Translations under genes and position numbers: made by a program
Assembly (NCBI GenBank): GCA_031414775.1
Contig: JANOQI010000045.1
Location: 1-50,088, forward strand
DNA length: 50,088 nt
Source of the DNA: Synechococcales cyanobacterium VAR_4_metabat_354
GTDB lineage: Bacteria > Cyanobacteriota > Cyanobacteriia > Cyanobacteriales > Chamaesiphonaceae
Direction of reading: 5' to 3'
Notes under the pieces: generated by a model
The model's database searches: none
What the model saw: the letters and a program-made list of their open reading frames with translations, nothing else
What the model was told of the DNA's origin: nothing
In this document: positions 21,039 to 29,098 of the stretch, piece after piece
Numbering within the stretch: position 1 is the stretch's first letter
Layout: each line of letters opens with the position of its first letter

Positions 21039-21234
21039 ACTGGCCGGGTATGAAGTTGCGTTACACCTACCCTATATGCAGAAAGCCTGTACGGCAAGGT
21101 GATTGACTAGTTTTGTTCAAATTTTGTATTATATGCAACAAACAGAATGTATGCCACTCATTCAGTATAGCTTGTTTGTCTATATAGTTATAAGCTGACA
21201 AACTCATTAACTATAATGTGTTAAAAGAAAATCT

Positions 21235-21267
21235 CTTCACAAGTTCCTCAACTTGTTCATTTATTAT
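21235..21267 (+). promoter_or_regulatory. 17-bp direct-repeat box + 10 bp + -10 (TATTAT) upstream of the hsp20 pair
   Basis: cttcacaagttcctcaa-cttgttcatt-TATTAT. Confidence 0.6.
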
Positions 21268-21430
21268 CTAAATATGGTGAGACAAAATAAATGTATAGCA
21301 ATTCTGGATCAGTTGTGAATTTGAACCTGTTCTTTTTTGGGCAGAGGTTTCAGCTAGGAATAGTCGGTGGAATTATTTGGGATTGTTATAGCTATAAAAT
21401 TCAATTGATAATGCACAAGGATGGTATTTC

Positions 21431-21937
21431 ATGTCACTAATTAAATGGCAACCTTCAGAAGAATTGGATGCTTTACGACATCGGATTGACAGGCTTTTTG
21501 ATAGCATCAAACATGAAGAATTAGGGCTGGGGCTGTTTCCAAAAATGAGGGAAACCCGTTGGATACCAGCGATCGAACTGCAAGAAACGGAAACAGAGCT
21601 GGTGCTCAAAGCGCAAGTGCCAGGGATGGAGCTTGAAAAGTTGGATATTCAGGTTAGTGAAAATGCTGTTTTCTTAACTGGTGAATATCAGGATCAAAGA
21701 GAAATGACTGATCAGGGGTTTATGAAGTCAGAGTTTCATTATGGTCAGTTTAGGCGAGTGGTTCCTTTACCATTAGCTATTCAGCGAGACCATGTGCAGG
21801 CAGCGATGGTTGATGGTCTCTTGACTATCACAATGCCCAAAGCACAATCTGTGATTCCAAATGTAGTGAAAGTATCCTTAGCTACATCAGACCAAGCGCC
21901 AAAAACTCCGGCAACTCCGAAACTATCTACTAAATAG
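21431..21937 (+). CDS. Small heat shock protein Hsp20/alpha-crystallin
   Basis: WIPAIELQET, SEFHYGQFRRVVPLP, DGLLTITMPK. Confidence 0.95.
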   Translation: MSLIKWQPSEELDALRHRIDRLFDSIKHEELGLGLFPKMRETRWIPAIELQETETELVLKAQVPGMELEKLDIQVSENAVFLTGEYQDQREMTDQGFMKSEFHYGQFRRVVPLPLAIQRDHVQAAMVDGLLTITMPKAQSVIPNVVKVSLATSDQAPKTPATPKLSTK

Positions 21938-21974
21938 TAAACATATTTACACAATAAACCAAGAGGATAATATT

Positions 21975-22457
21975 ATGTCACTAATTAAATGGCAGCCTCT
22001 AGAAGAATTCAATGTTTTACGCCAGCAGATCAACCGAATGTTTGATGACATAGTGCATGAAGAACCGGGAACAAAGATGTTTCCGAAGATGCAAGAAACT
22101 CCGTGGGTACCTGCGATCGAGCTACAAGAAACAGAAACAAACCTGTTGCTTAAGGCACAGATACCAGGGTTAGAACCTGAAAGATTGGATATTCAGGTCA
22201 GCGAAAATGCTGTTTTCCTAACTGGTGAATATCAAGATCAAAGAGAAATGACTGATCAGGGCATCATGCGATCGGAGTTTCACTATGGCCGGTTTACCCG
22301 TTTGGTGCCCTTGCCCTCAGCAATTCATAAAGAGCAAGTAACCGCAGAAATGGCTGATGGTTTATTAACTTTAACAATGCCTAAAGCGATGGCTAGTTTA
22401 CCCAACATGGTAAAGGTGCCATTAACCAAGCCAGATCAAGCTCCAGTCAATAAATAG
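21975..22457 (+). CDS. Small heat shock protein Hsp20/alpha-crystallin (tandem paralog)
   Basis: WVPAIELQET, SEFHYGRFTRLVPLP, DGLLTLTMPK. Confidence 0.95.
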   Translation: MSLIKWQPLEEFNVLRQQINRMFDDIVHEEPGTKMFPKMQETPWVPAIELQETETNLLLKAQIPGLEPERLDIQVSENAVFLTGEYQDQREMTDQGIMRSEFHYGRFTRLVPLPSAIHKEQVTAEMADGLLTLTMPKAMASLPNMVKVPLTKPDQAPVNK

Positions 22458-22471
22458 TCTGTATTGTAGTG

Positions 22472-22508
22472 ACAATATGCCACTGATATATATTCAGTGG
22501 CATATTGT
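22472..22508. terminator. 15-bp perfect inverted repeat after the hsp20 pair
   Basis: acaatatgccactga-tatatat-tcagtggcatattgt followed by ttt. Confidence 0.75.
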
Positions 22509-22713
22509 TTAGGCCAGAAATTAAATCATACTAGATACAGAACGCCAGCTTATGGTCTTTTATGATGGTGTGACAGATGCCTTACGATTCCGGGCATCAC
22601 TCAAGTCAACATCACTTGGGATTCTCGCTCTACCAGTTCTGATCACAAATGTTGGAGTAACGAGCGAATGGTTACTCGACCCACCAGAAAACTTAAATCA
22701 TCAAATTCTTAAT

Positions 22714-23343
22714 TTAACTGGAGAGTGCCACCAGTAAAATATGCCACCAGTAATTGACCAGCTGCCAAATTATGCCTGCAATGCTGGCAAAGAAAACAGT
22801 CGTTGCTGTAGTCATGCCATAGCCAATCAGAATAAACAAGCCATCGGACTCTAACAGACCGATCGACAAAAATAAAATTGTATAAGCAGGCAAAAGATTT
22901 GTAAAAGGAATTGGTAATGGTAGTGACATCAAGAGGGCATTCCAAGCTAGACAAACACCAATGATCCGGCCACTCCACCAACTATTACTAAATTTAGGAA
23001 ATCGATGTCTGGACATCTGTTCTAAAGGTTGGAGAAAACGATTGATATTCTTGAGTAATTTTTGGGAAGCACCGGGTGACAGTTCTTGACGAGCGATTCG
23101 CTGAGGCAAGTAGGGTTTTTCATAGCCCAAAGCTAATTGGCAGCCAATCAGAACTATACCACTACCTACTAACGCTGAAAATCCGGCCAATGGAATGGGA
23201 CTAGGAATCAACATGGGGATCGTTAGCATCCCTGCAATCATGCCAAATCCATTGCTGCCCACTTGTTTGAGTAAGATATGTAGTGGCAAAGGTTTGTTGG
23301 TATATTTAACCAATAAGTCAGAAAGTGTTTGTGATAGTTTCAT
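22714..23343 (-). CDS. exoD: Exopolysaccharide synthesis protein ExoD family
   Basis: GFG...PMLIP...QLALG...PYLP...LPLPIPFTNLLPA...GLLESDG. Confidence 0.88.
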   Translation of the reverse strand: MKLSQTLSDLLVKYTNKPLPLHILLKQVGSNGFGMIAGMLTIPMLIPSPIPLAGFSALVGSGIVLIGCQLALGYEKPYLPQRIARQELSPGASQKLLKNINRFLQPLEQMSRHRFPKFSNSWWSGRIIGVCLAWNALLMSLPLPIPFTNLLPAYTILFLSIGLLESDGLFILIGYGMTTATTVFFASIAGIIWQLVNYWWHILLVALSS

Positions 23344-23546
23344 CTCAAACAGTATATTCGATTTCCCAGAAGAAGACGCGATGCAAACGAATTACTAATG
23401 GCAAAAGTCTCTGATCTCAACCACTACCATTAAGGTCTATACTAGTCATAGAGATTATCTGGTTGATCAATGCAATGCAGCAAAGTCAGCTCTTCGATTC
23501 TCAATCAATCCGTCTTCAAATAAATTACTGATGAGAGTGAATCTAA

Positions 23547-24041
23547 ATGTTGAAAAAAATCTTGATCGCAATTAGCGATTCATCAGAGGCCGAAAAAATC
23601 TTAGCATCGGGATTAACCATAGCTGATAAACTTGGTGCTCAAATTCTACTTTTGCATGTTCTTAATCCGCTTGTGCAGCATGATTTTGGTATAGTTGGCA
23701 GTTCATTGGTGGGAGGTATTCTCCCTATTGTCAATGATCAAGCGATCGAGCAATATGTAAAAGAGTGGCAAAAATATGAAAAACATGGGATGGAACGTCT
23801 CCAGTCTTATGCTCAACAGGCTAGTGATCGTCAAATCAAAGCTGAGATTCTGCAAAATTTTGGAGACTCTGCACCAATGATTTGTGCAGCTGCCAAAACT
23901 TGGTCAGCAGATTTGATCGTGATGGGTCGTAACCAGCAATCGGCCTTGAGCGAAATCTTTCTAGGTAGCACCAGTAACTATGTTTTACATCATGCGTCCT
24001 GCTCGGTGATGGTTGTTCAGTCGGATGCTAATTCAGATTAA
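23547..24041 (+). CDS. Universal stress protein
   Basis: KKILIAI, LLHV, ADLIVMG, FLGSTSNYVLHHASCSVMVV. Confidence 0.95.
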   Translation: MLKKILIAISDSSEAEKILASGLTIADKLGAQILLLHVLNPLVQHDFGIVGSSLVGGILPIVNDQAIEQYVKEWQKYEKHGMERLQSYAQQASDRQIKAEILQNFGDSAPMICAAAKTWSADLIVMGRNQQSALSEIFLGSTSNYVLHHASCSVMVVQSDANSD

Positions 24042-24285
24042 GGTCTCTCACTATACTTGATATGGGTGTAATGGGAAACACTAATTGTTTCATCTGCGAT
24101 TACCGATAGATGGCGCGATCGATCGTACACCGGAACTTCACTGAACAACATTACTGCCCACGAAAGCCCAAAAACATCACCGATCTAAACTCAGAGAGAT
24201 CGATGATGCAGGGTGATTTATGGGTAAGCTGAATGTACGGTAAATATTCTTCAAGGTATTTATCATACATTATTACTATGGAAAT

Positions 24286-24750
24286 ATGAGCAGTCGAAGC
24301 AGTTGTTATGTCACCATTCTCACTCTATGCGGTCTCACCTTTGGAATTGCTGTGCCTGAAGCCTTTGCGAAACCGGCTGACAACTATCTTGGAGTTGGTA
24401 CCAGAGGCGGATTGTATGATGACACTACCGCAATCATTAATGCCAAATTCAAAATCACTGATTTTGGAGGAGTCAGTCTGTCAGGCAGACCTGCCATCTT
24501 TTTGGGAAACTATACAGAGTTACGGTTTTCCCTTACGGGCGAGAGAGAGATTGCTCCGGGTTGGACACCCTTTTTTGGGGTAGGAGTAGCTACTAATACG
24601 GATAGGAGTGGGGAAACAAACCCCATGTTGGCAAGTGGAATGGACTTTCAAATTAGCGAAAGATTTGTACTTCAGATCGGTGGGAACTTTATTTTTCAAT
24701 CTAACGATACAGACAAGGAATTAACCGCTACTGTAAACTACTTGTTCTAG
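24286..24750 (+). CDS. Secreted outer-membrane beta-barrel-like protein
   Basis: Signal peptide ending in AFA, NYLGVG, alternating beta strands, C-terminal aromatic YLF. Confidence 0.6.
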   Translation: MSSRSSCYVTILTLCGLTFGIAVPEAFAKPADNYLGVGTRGGLYDDTTAIINAKFKITDFGGVSLSGRPAIFLGNYTELRFSLTGEREIAPGWTPFFGVGVATNTDRSGETNPMLASGMDFQISERFVLQIGGNFIFQSNDTDKELTATVNYLF

Positions 24751-24832
24751 CGGCATTGTTGCATGAATTAGGGGTTGCGGTGGTGCAACATGATAAGTTT
24801 GAAGTACTACCGAAAAATCATCAGAGTTATGA

Positions 24833-24991
24833 AATGCAACGTCTGCCCGCGCTTATTACCAACGGGGTGATGTCCGCGAAAAAGCTGGTGATAGAAGTGG
24901 TGCCAGAGCCGATTTCCAAAAAGCGGTAGATATTTACCAGCAGCAGGGGCGAATCTCCGGTTACCAAGAAGCTTTAGAGCGAGTGCGCTGA
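24833..24991 (+). pseudogene. 3' remnant of a tetratricopeptide-repeat gene
   Basis: Not in the ORF track. AYYQRGDVREKAGDRSGARADFQKAVDIYQQQGRISGYQEALERVR* matches the C-terminal TPR/capping helix of cyanobacterial TPR proteins; in-frame stop upstream and no start. Confidence 0.7.
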
Positions 24992-25007
24992 CTGTAGTTA
25001 ATTAGAA

Positions 25008-25057
25008 AAGCTCTCAAAGAAAGCGGTAGACATTCTAACCGCTTTCTTTGGGAGCTT
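25008..25057. terminator. 20-bp inverted repeat (one mismatch) between converging genes
   Basis: aagctctcaaagaaagcggt-agacattcta-accgctttctttgggagctt. Confidence 0.75.
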
Positions 25058-25077
25058 AATAATTTATATCTGGAAAT

Positions 25078-25410
25078 CTAGTGACGACGGCGGTAACCAT
25101 CGCGATCAAATTCATCATCACCATTGCGGTCGTAACGATCGTAGTAGCCATCTCGTCGAGCATCCCGATACCGATAGTCGATGTTACGGCCATGATGACG
25201 TCTCTTTACTCGGTAGTATTCACCAGGATGAACTACCACAGGGGCTGGGTAATATACCCGTGGTGCTGGATAGTAGACTCTGGGTGCATGATGAACCACT
25301 GGTTCATCAGATGAGAAAGTTATCGAAACTCCGGCTTGGGCTGCATTGGCAGCCCCGAAGGTAGAAATACTAGCAGCCGCAATAGCTAATGTCATCAGTG
25401 CTTTTTTCAT
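25078..25410 (-). CDS. Secreted low-complexity Pro/Tyr/Arg/His-rich protein
   Basis: Signal peptide ending in AQA, two APRVYYP units, Arg/Asp/Tyr-rich tail. Confidence 0.7.
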   Translation of the reverse strand: MKKALMTLAIAAASISTFGAANAAQAGVSITFSSDEPVVHHAPRVYYPAPRVYYPAPVVVHPGEYYRVKRRHHGRNIDYRYRDARRDGYYDRYDRNGDDEFDRDGYRRRH

Positions 25411-25818
25411 GATTAATCACCTAAAATAGTGAGGAAGTAAGGTTAACTATCTAGATTCCCAGCAATAAATCTCGTCTATTTTGGGGAATCTGGAGGGGCT
25501 GGTCAGGCAGCATAGCCAAGGCTTTACTGCTAAGAGGTTTGGGGAATTCGGGGGTTTTGTGGTTTTCTTAGCATGAATTCAATTTCAGCTAAAACCTTCA
25601 CTCTGTCCTTGTCTTGCTGAGACAAAAATATAAATATTTTAGCTATTTTAGGCAACTACAGAAGTATACATTCATCGACTAGAACAATTACTGATTGTTC
25701 CTGTTGCTCGCTCCCATTCTGAGCCTAGTAATATCAACCAAATTTCATGATTCAATCGCAACTGATCACAGCTTTTTGTCCACCATTTTTACCCATCCAG
25801 ATATCTTTATCTCTCTAA

Positions 25819-26313
25819 TCAACTAGCTTTAGGCAGAGATTCCCATTCAAATCCATGGATCTTGGGCAAGGAAGCTGGTCGAGAGGTCGCCCGTAGCAAG
25901 CGCGGGATCTGACCGCTATCATAAACCCGGAATTCGATTTCCAGCTTGGCTGTTACAGCGCGCAGCGCCTGATTTAAGACGACGGAGCCATTCGGATCGG
26001 AAACAGAGCGATGGAAGGTGCCGGGTGGGATTTGTAAAATATCGCCGCCAGCTTCTAATCGCACAATATGAAATGGCTTTGGCCAAGAGAAATTAACTAG
26101 ATAAAAGGTGCGGCCACCAGATAAAGCGAGTAAATTGTCCTCTTGGTGGGAGTGCATGTAGAACTGCCAGTGTCCATCATGACTGTCGTTGGGACTGATT
26201 GCTGGACCTTGATGGTAGACCAAATCTCGCGCATTAGAGCTAGCAATCGTAATATCGAAAAATTTTACGCCCGGAGTATCGCGAAATTTTTGATAAGGAA
26301 TAAATTTAAACAT
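25819..26313 (-). CDS. Cupin-fold putative metalloprotein
   Basis: FYMHSHQEDNL and LQIPPGTFHRS cupin motifs 1 and 2. Confidence 0.75.
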   Translation of the reverse strand: MFKFIPYQKFRDTPGVKFFDITIASSNARDLVYHQGPAISPNDSHDGHWQFYMHSHQEDNLLALSGGRTFYLVNFSWPKPFHIVRLEAGGDILQIPPGTFHRSVSDPNGSVVLNQALRAVTAKLEIEFRVYDSGQIPRLLRATSRPASLPKIHGFEWESLPKAS

Positions 26314-26444
26314 GGTCTGTTCTCACCACACACAAGAGGAAGTCGGTAGTTAAATCTTTGGCATATTACCCTTATTTTAATTTATCTAGAGATTTTGATG
26401 GAGTACAAAATATACAGAAAATATATTTGTCTTCTATGATTTTT

Positions 26445-26477
26445 ATCCTAACAGCGAGATGTGATGAACTTGTGAAG
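26445..26477 (-). promoter_or_regulatory. 17-bp direct-repeat box + 10 bp + -10 (TAGGAT) upstream of the cupin gene
   Basis: Minus strand reads cttcacaagttcatcac-atctcgctgt-TAGGAT. Confidence 0.65.
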
Positions 26478-26592
26478 TTAAAAGCTGCAGAATTTGTAAA
26501 ATTAAACCTTTAGAATGCTTACTATCTAGTGCCATTCAGTTAATTTCAGTTAAAATTGGATATTACAGTCTGACTTATGGAGTTGAGTTCTT

Positions 26593-26829
26593 ATGTTTGA
26601 GGGAATGAGTGCTAAGACTGCTGCCCTGTTTGGAGTAATTGCCGGTATGGCTCTATCAATCGCTACTGGGTTGCGACCAAATGTTCAATTCGACATGAAG
26701 TTTAATTTCCAACCTAATCAGCACCAAGACGAATCTGTAGATCCTGTAAGTTTGAATCCTGATCCCGCCCAATCTGAAAGTCAGCAGTCGCCGGGCAAGG
26801 AGCCTTGTCCTGCCTGTGGGATGGGCTAG
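26593..26829 (+). CDS. RiPP precursor peptide, chryseobasin (ChrA)-like, C-terminal CPACGMG
   Basis: 78 aa: hydrophobic N-terminal segment, polar Pro/Gln/Ser linker, terminal EPCPACGMG; directly abuts the DUF692 gene. Confidence 0.85.
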   Translation: MFEGMSAKTAALFGVIAGMALSIATGLRPNVQFDMKFNFQPNQHQDESVDPVSLNPDPAQSESQQSPGKEPCPACGMG

Positions 26830-27747
26830 TTGGGTAGTGGGCGAAACCGCGCCTGGGGAGTATCACTATTTAAAAAGACCACCCAATCTTTACCATGGGT
26901 CGGTCTTTCTGTGATGCCTGAGCCAGAATTTTTTCAGGCTACTCGCCAGCTGTTTGAAGCTGGTCAGGTAGATGTGGTGGAATGGAGTTTCGATGTGGGC
27001 TGGGGGCGGAGCTTGCCGGGATGGCTTGATGAACTGCTCAGTTTTTATAGCGATCGAGATCGACTATTAGGGCATGGGGTAAGTTATTCATTACTATCAG
27101 CACAGTGGCAATCACCACAAGCTAAATGGTTAGATCAGTATCAGGCTGAACTGCAAAAATATCGCTATCATCACATTTCCGAGCATTTTGGTTGGATGGG
27201 AGCGGGGAAGTTTTATCATAGTGCGCCGTTATCTTTGCCACTCGCACCGCAGACTTTGGCGATGGGAATCGATCAATTGCAAAAATTAGTACAGATGTCA
27301 ACGGTACCCGTCGGTTTAGAAAATTTAGCCTTTGCCTGGAACCAGCAGGATGCTTGCGAGCAAGGATCTTTTATCAGGCAAATGTTAGCGCCAGTCCAAG
27401 GATTTCTACTACTAGACTTGCATAATCTCTATTGCCAAATGGCTAACTTTAATCAATCAGCGGCTACGATGTTGGCGCTTTATCCGTTAGAGTTAGTGCG
27501 CGAAATACATATTGCGGGTGGTTCCTGGAGTAAATCTGGGCAGCGACACATTCGACGCGATACCCATGACGCAGCGGTGCCAGAGGAAGTTTTTCAGCTC
27601 TTAGCGAGAGTGCTGCCCCGTTGTCATAATCTGAAAGCCGTAATCTTGGAGCGGTTGGGTCATACTTTAGAAACCGAGGCCGCGCGAACGGGATTGCAAC
27701 AGGATTTCGCTCGACTACGCCAAGTTGTGGAACAGAGGTCGCGGTGA
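26830..27747 (+). CDS. DUF692 multinuclear non-heme iron oxidative enzyme (MNIO), ChrH-like
   Basis: GHGVSYS, ISEHFG, GLENLA, LLLDLHNLYC, EIHIAGG, DTHD and ILER metal-ligand motifs. Start codon uncertain (TTG immediately after the precursor stop). Confidence 0.92.
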   Translation: MGSGRNRAWGVSLFKKTTQSLPWVGLSVMPEPEFFQATRQLFEAGQVDVVEWSFDVGWGRSLPGWLDELLSFYSDRDRLLGHGVSYSLLSAQWQSPQAKWLDQYQAELQKYRYHHISEHFGWMGAGKFYHSAPLSLPLAPQTLAMGIDQLQKLVQMSTVPVGLENLAFAWNQQDACEQGSFIRQMLAPVQGFLLLDLHNLYCQMANFNQSAATMLALYPLELVREIHIAGGSWSKSGQRHIRRDTHDAAVPEEVFQLLARVLPRCHNLKAVILERLGHTLETEAARTGLQQDFARLRQVVEQRSR

Positions 27748-27935
27748 CTGAACCAGAAATTGCTAATTTCCAGGCGAATTTATTAGGAGCTTTGTACGAG
27801 TTGGCTGAAGCTCCAGATATTCGATCGCGTTTAGCTGATTGCCCAGGAGCAGAATACTTGCAGACAGCGGATGATGACATGATTGAAGTGGCCGCCGAGT
27901 TGGTAAAGACTTGGGGGAAGATCGATCGTAACTAA
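27744..27935 (+). CDS. Small acidic helical partner of the MNIO
   Basis: 63 aa; GTGA start/stop overlap with DUF692 implies translational coupling. Confidence 0.7.
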   Translation: MTEPEIANFQANLLGALYELAEAPDIRSRLADCPGAEYLQTADDDMIEVAAELVKTWGKIDRN

Positions 27936-28008
27936 CATGCGTTGCTCCATAGTTCCCTTGCTAATCGTAAGTTTCGAGCCTACTTTTCTTCAGGACACTA
28001 CCAAATCA

Positions 28009-28773
28009 TCAGTTCATGGATAGGTTTATCAAGTCTGCTGACATCTCGAAGTTGGCTGTGACATTTTGGATGTCATCCAGTTCTTCTAAGGTTTCTAACA
28101 GTTTCAATAGTTGTTTGCTTTGGTCTGGATCAGTGATTTCGATCGTATTGCCTGGAATCCAGCGCCATTCTGACTCCATCACCGCAAAGCCTTGGGCTTG
28201 GAGCGTCTGACTGAGTTGTTCCAGATTAGTAGTTTCGGTAAAGACCTCGGCTCCTGGCTGCTCTTCATCATCAATAAGTTCATAGACATCTGCCCCACCG
28301 TCTAAAGCAGCGACCAGCAGTAAGTCTTCGTCTATCTGGCCATTAATAATACACACGCCCTTTTGAGTAAACATCCAGCTGACACAGCCTGTTTCACCTA
28401 AATTGCCACCCCGTTTACTGAGAGCCGCACGGAGGTCGGCCGCAGTGCGATTCCGGTTATCAGTCAGGGCTTCCATGATAAGGGCGACACCGCCGGGACC
28501 GTAGCCTTCGTAGCGCAGTTCTTCTAATCGATCGGCTTCCCCTGCCAAATTACCGGCACCTTTAGCGATCGCTCTTTCAATATTATCATTGGGGATGCTG
28601 GCGGCCTTGGCTTTATCGATCGCTGTTCGTAGTTGGAAATTACCCGCCGGATCGGCACCACTCCGGGCTGCTACAATTATTGCTCGCGATAATTGGGCGA
28701 AAGTTTTACCGCGTACTGCATCTGTGCGGGCTTTTTGCCGTTTGATGGTCGCCCACTTACTGTGTCCTGACAT
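28009..28773 (-). CDS. yebC: YebC/PmpR family protein
   Basis: MSGHSKWATIKRQK, YEGYGPGG, TDNRNRT, LEELDDIQNV. Confidence 0.95.
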   Translation of the reverse strand: MSGHSKWATIKRQKARTDAVRGKTFAQLSRAIIVAARSGADPAGNFQLRTAIDKAKAASIPNDNIERAIAKGAGNLAGEADRLEELRYEGYGPGGVALIMEALTDNRNRTAADLRAALSKRGGNLGETGCVSWMFTQKGVCIINGQIDEDLLLVAALDGGADVYELIDDEEQPGAEVFTETTNLEQLSQTLQAQGFAVMESEWRWIPGNTIEITDPDQSKQLLKLLETLEELDDIQNVTANFEMSADLINLSMN

Positions 28774-29098
28774 GTTTAGTGAATTTTATTGTGTTAGCAC
28801 GAAAAAAAGTAAGACAGACATGCTTCCCAGAAAAAATAGAAAAGGAAAGAAAATAGAGATTAAAAATCTTTTGTTGATTTCCAACTTGAACCCCAAGAAC
28901 AGAATATATTAACCTTATCGTAAAAGTTGATCGCTACAAAGGTCAGAGCAAACGCGTCGATTAAAACACTAGTCGAGACGTACTGAGCGAAAATATCTGT
29001 AGAGATAATCTCAGCTTTCTTCCATAAACCATGATGGATTAGCATAACCAAAAGTACTCAGCCCAAACCGAACCCCAATATGATTTGTGTCGATCGTC

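Noticed and set aside
22520..22737. 61-aa plus-strand ORF, or a minus-strand gene relic with several stops
   Set aside because: No recognisable motif; could not be assigned without a search.
28860..29051. 63-aa minus-strand ORF between the P450 and yebC
   Set aside because: No recognisable family or RBS; likely spurious or a relic.
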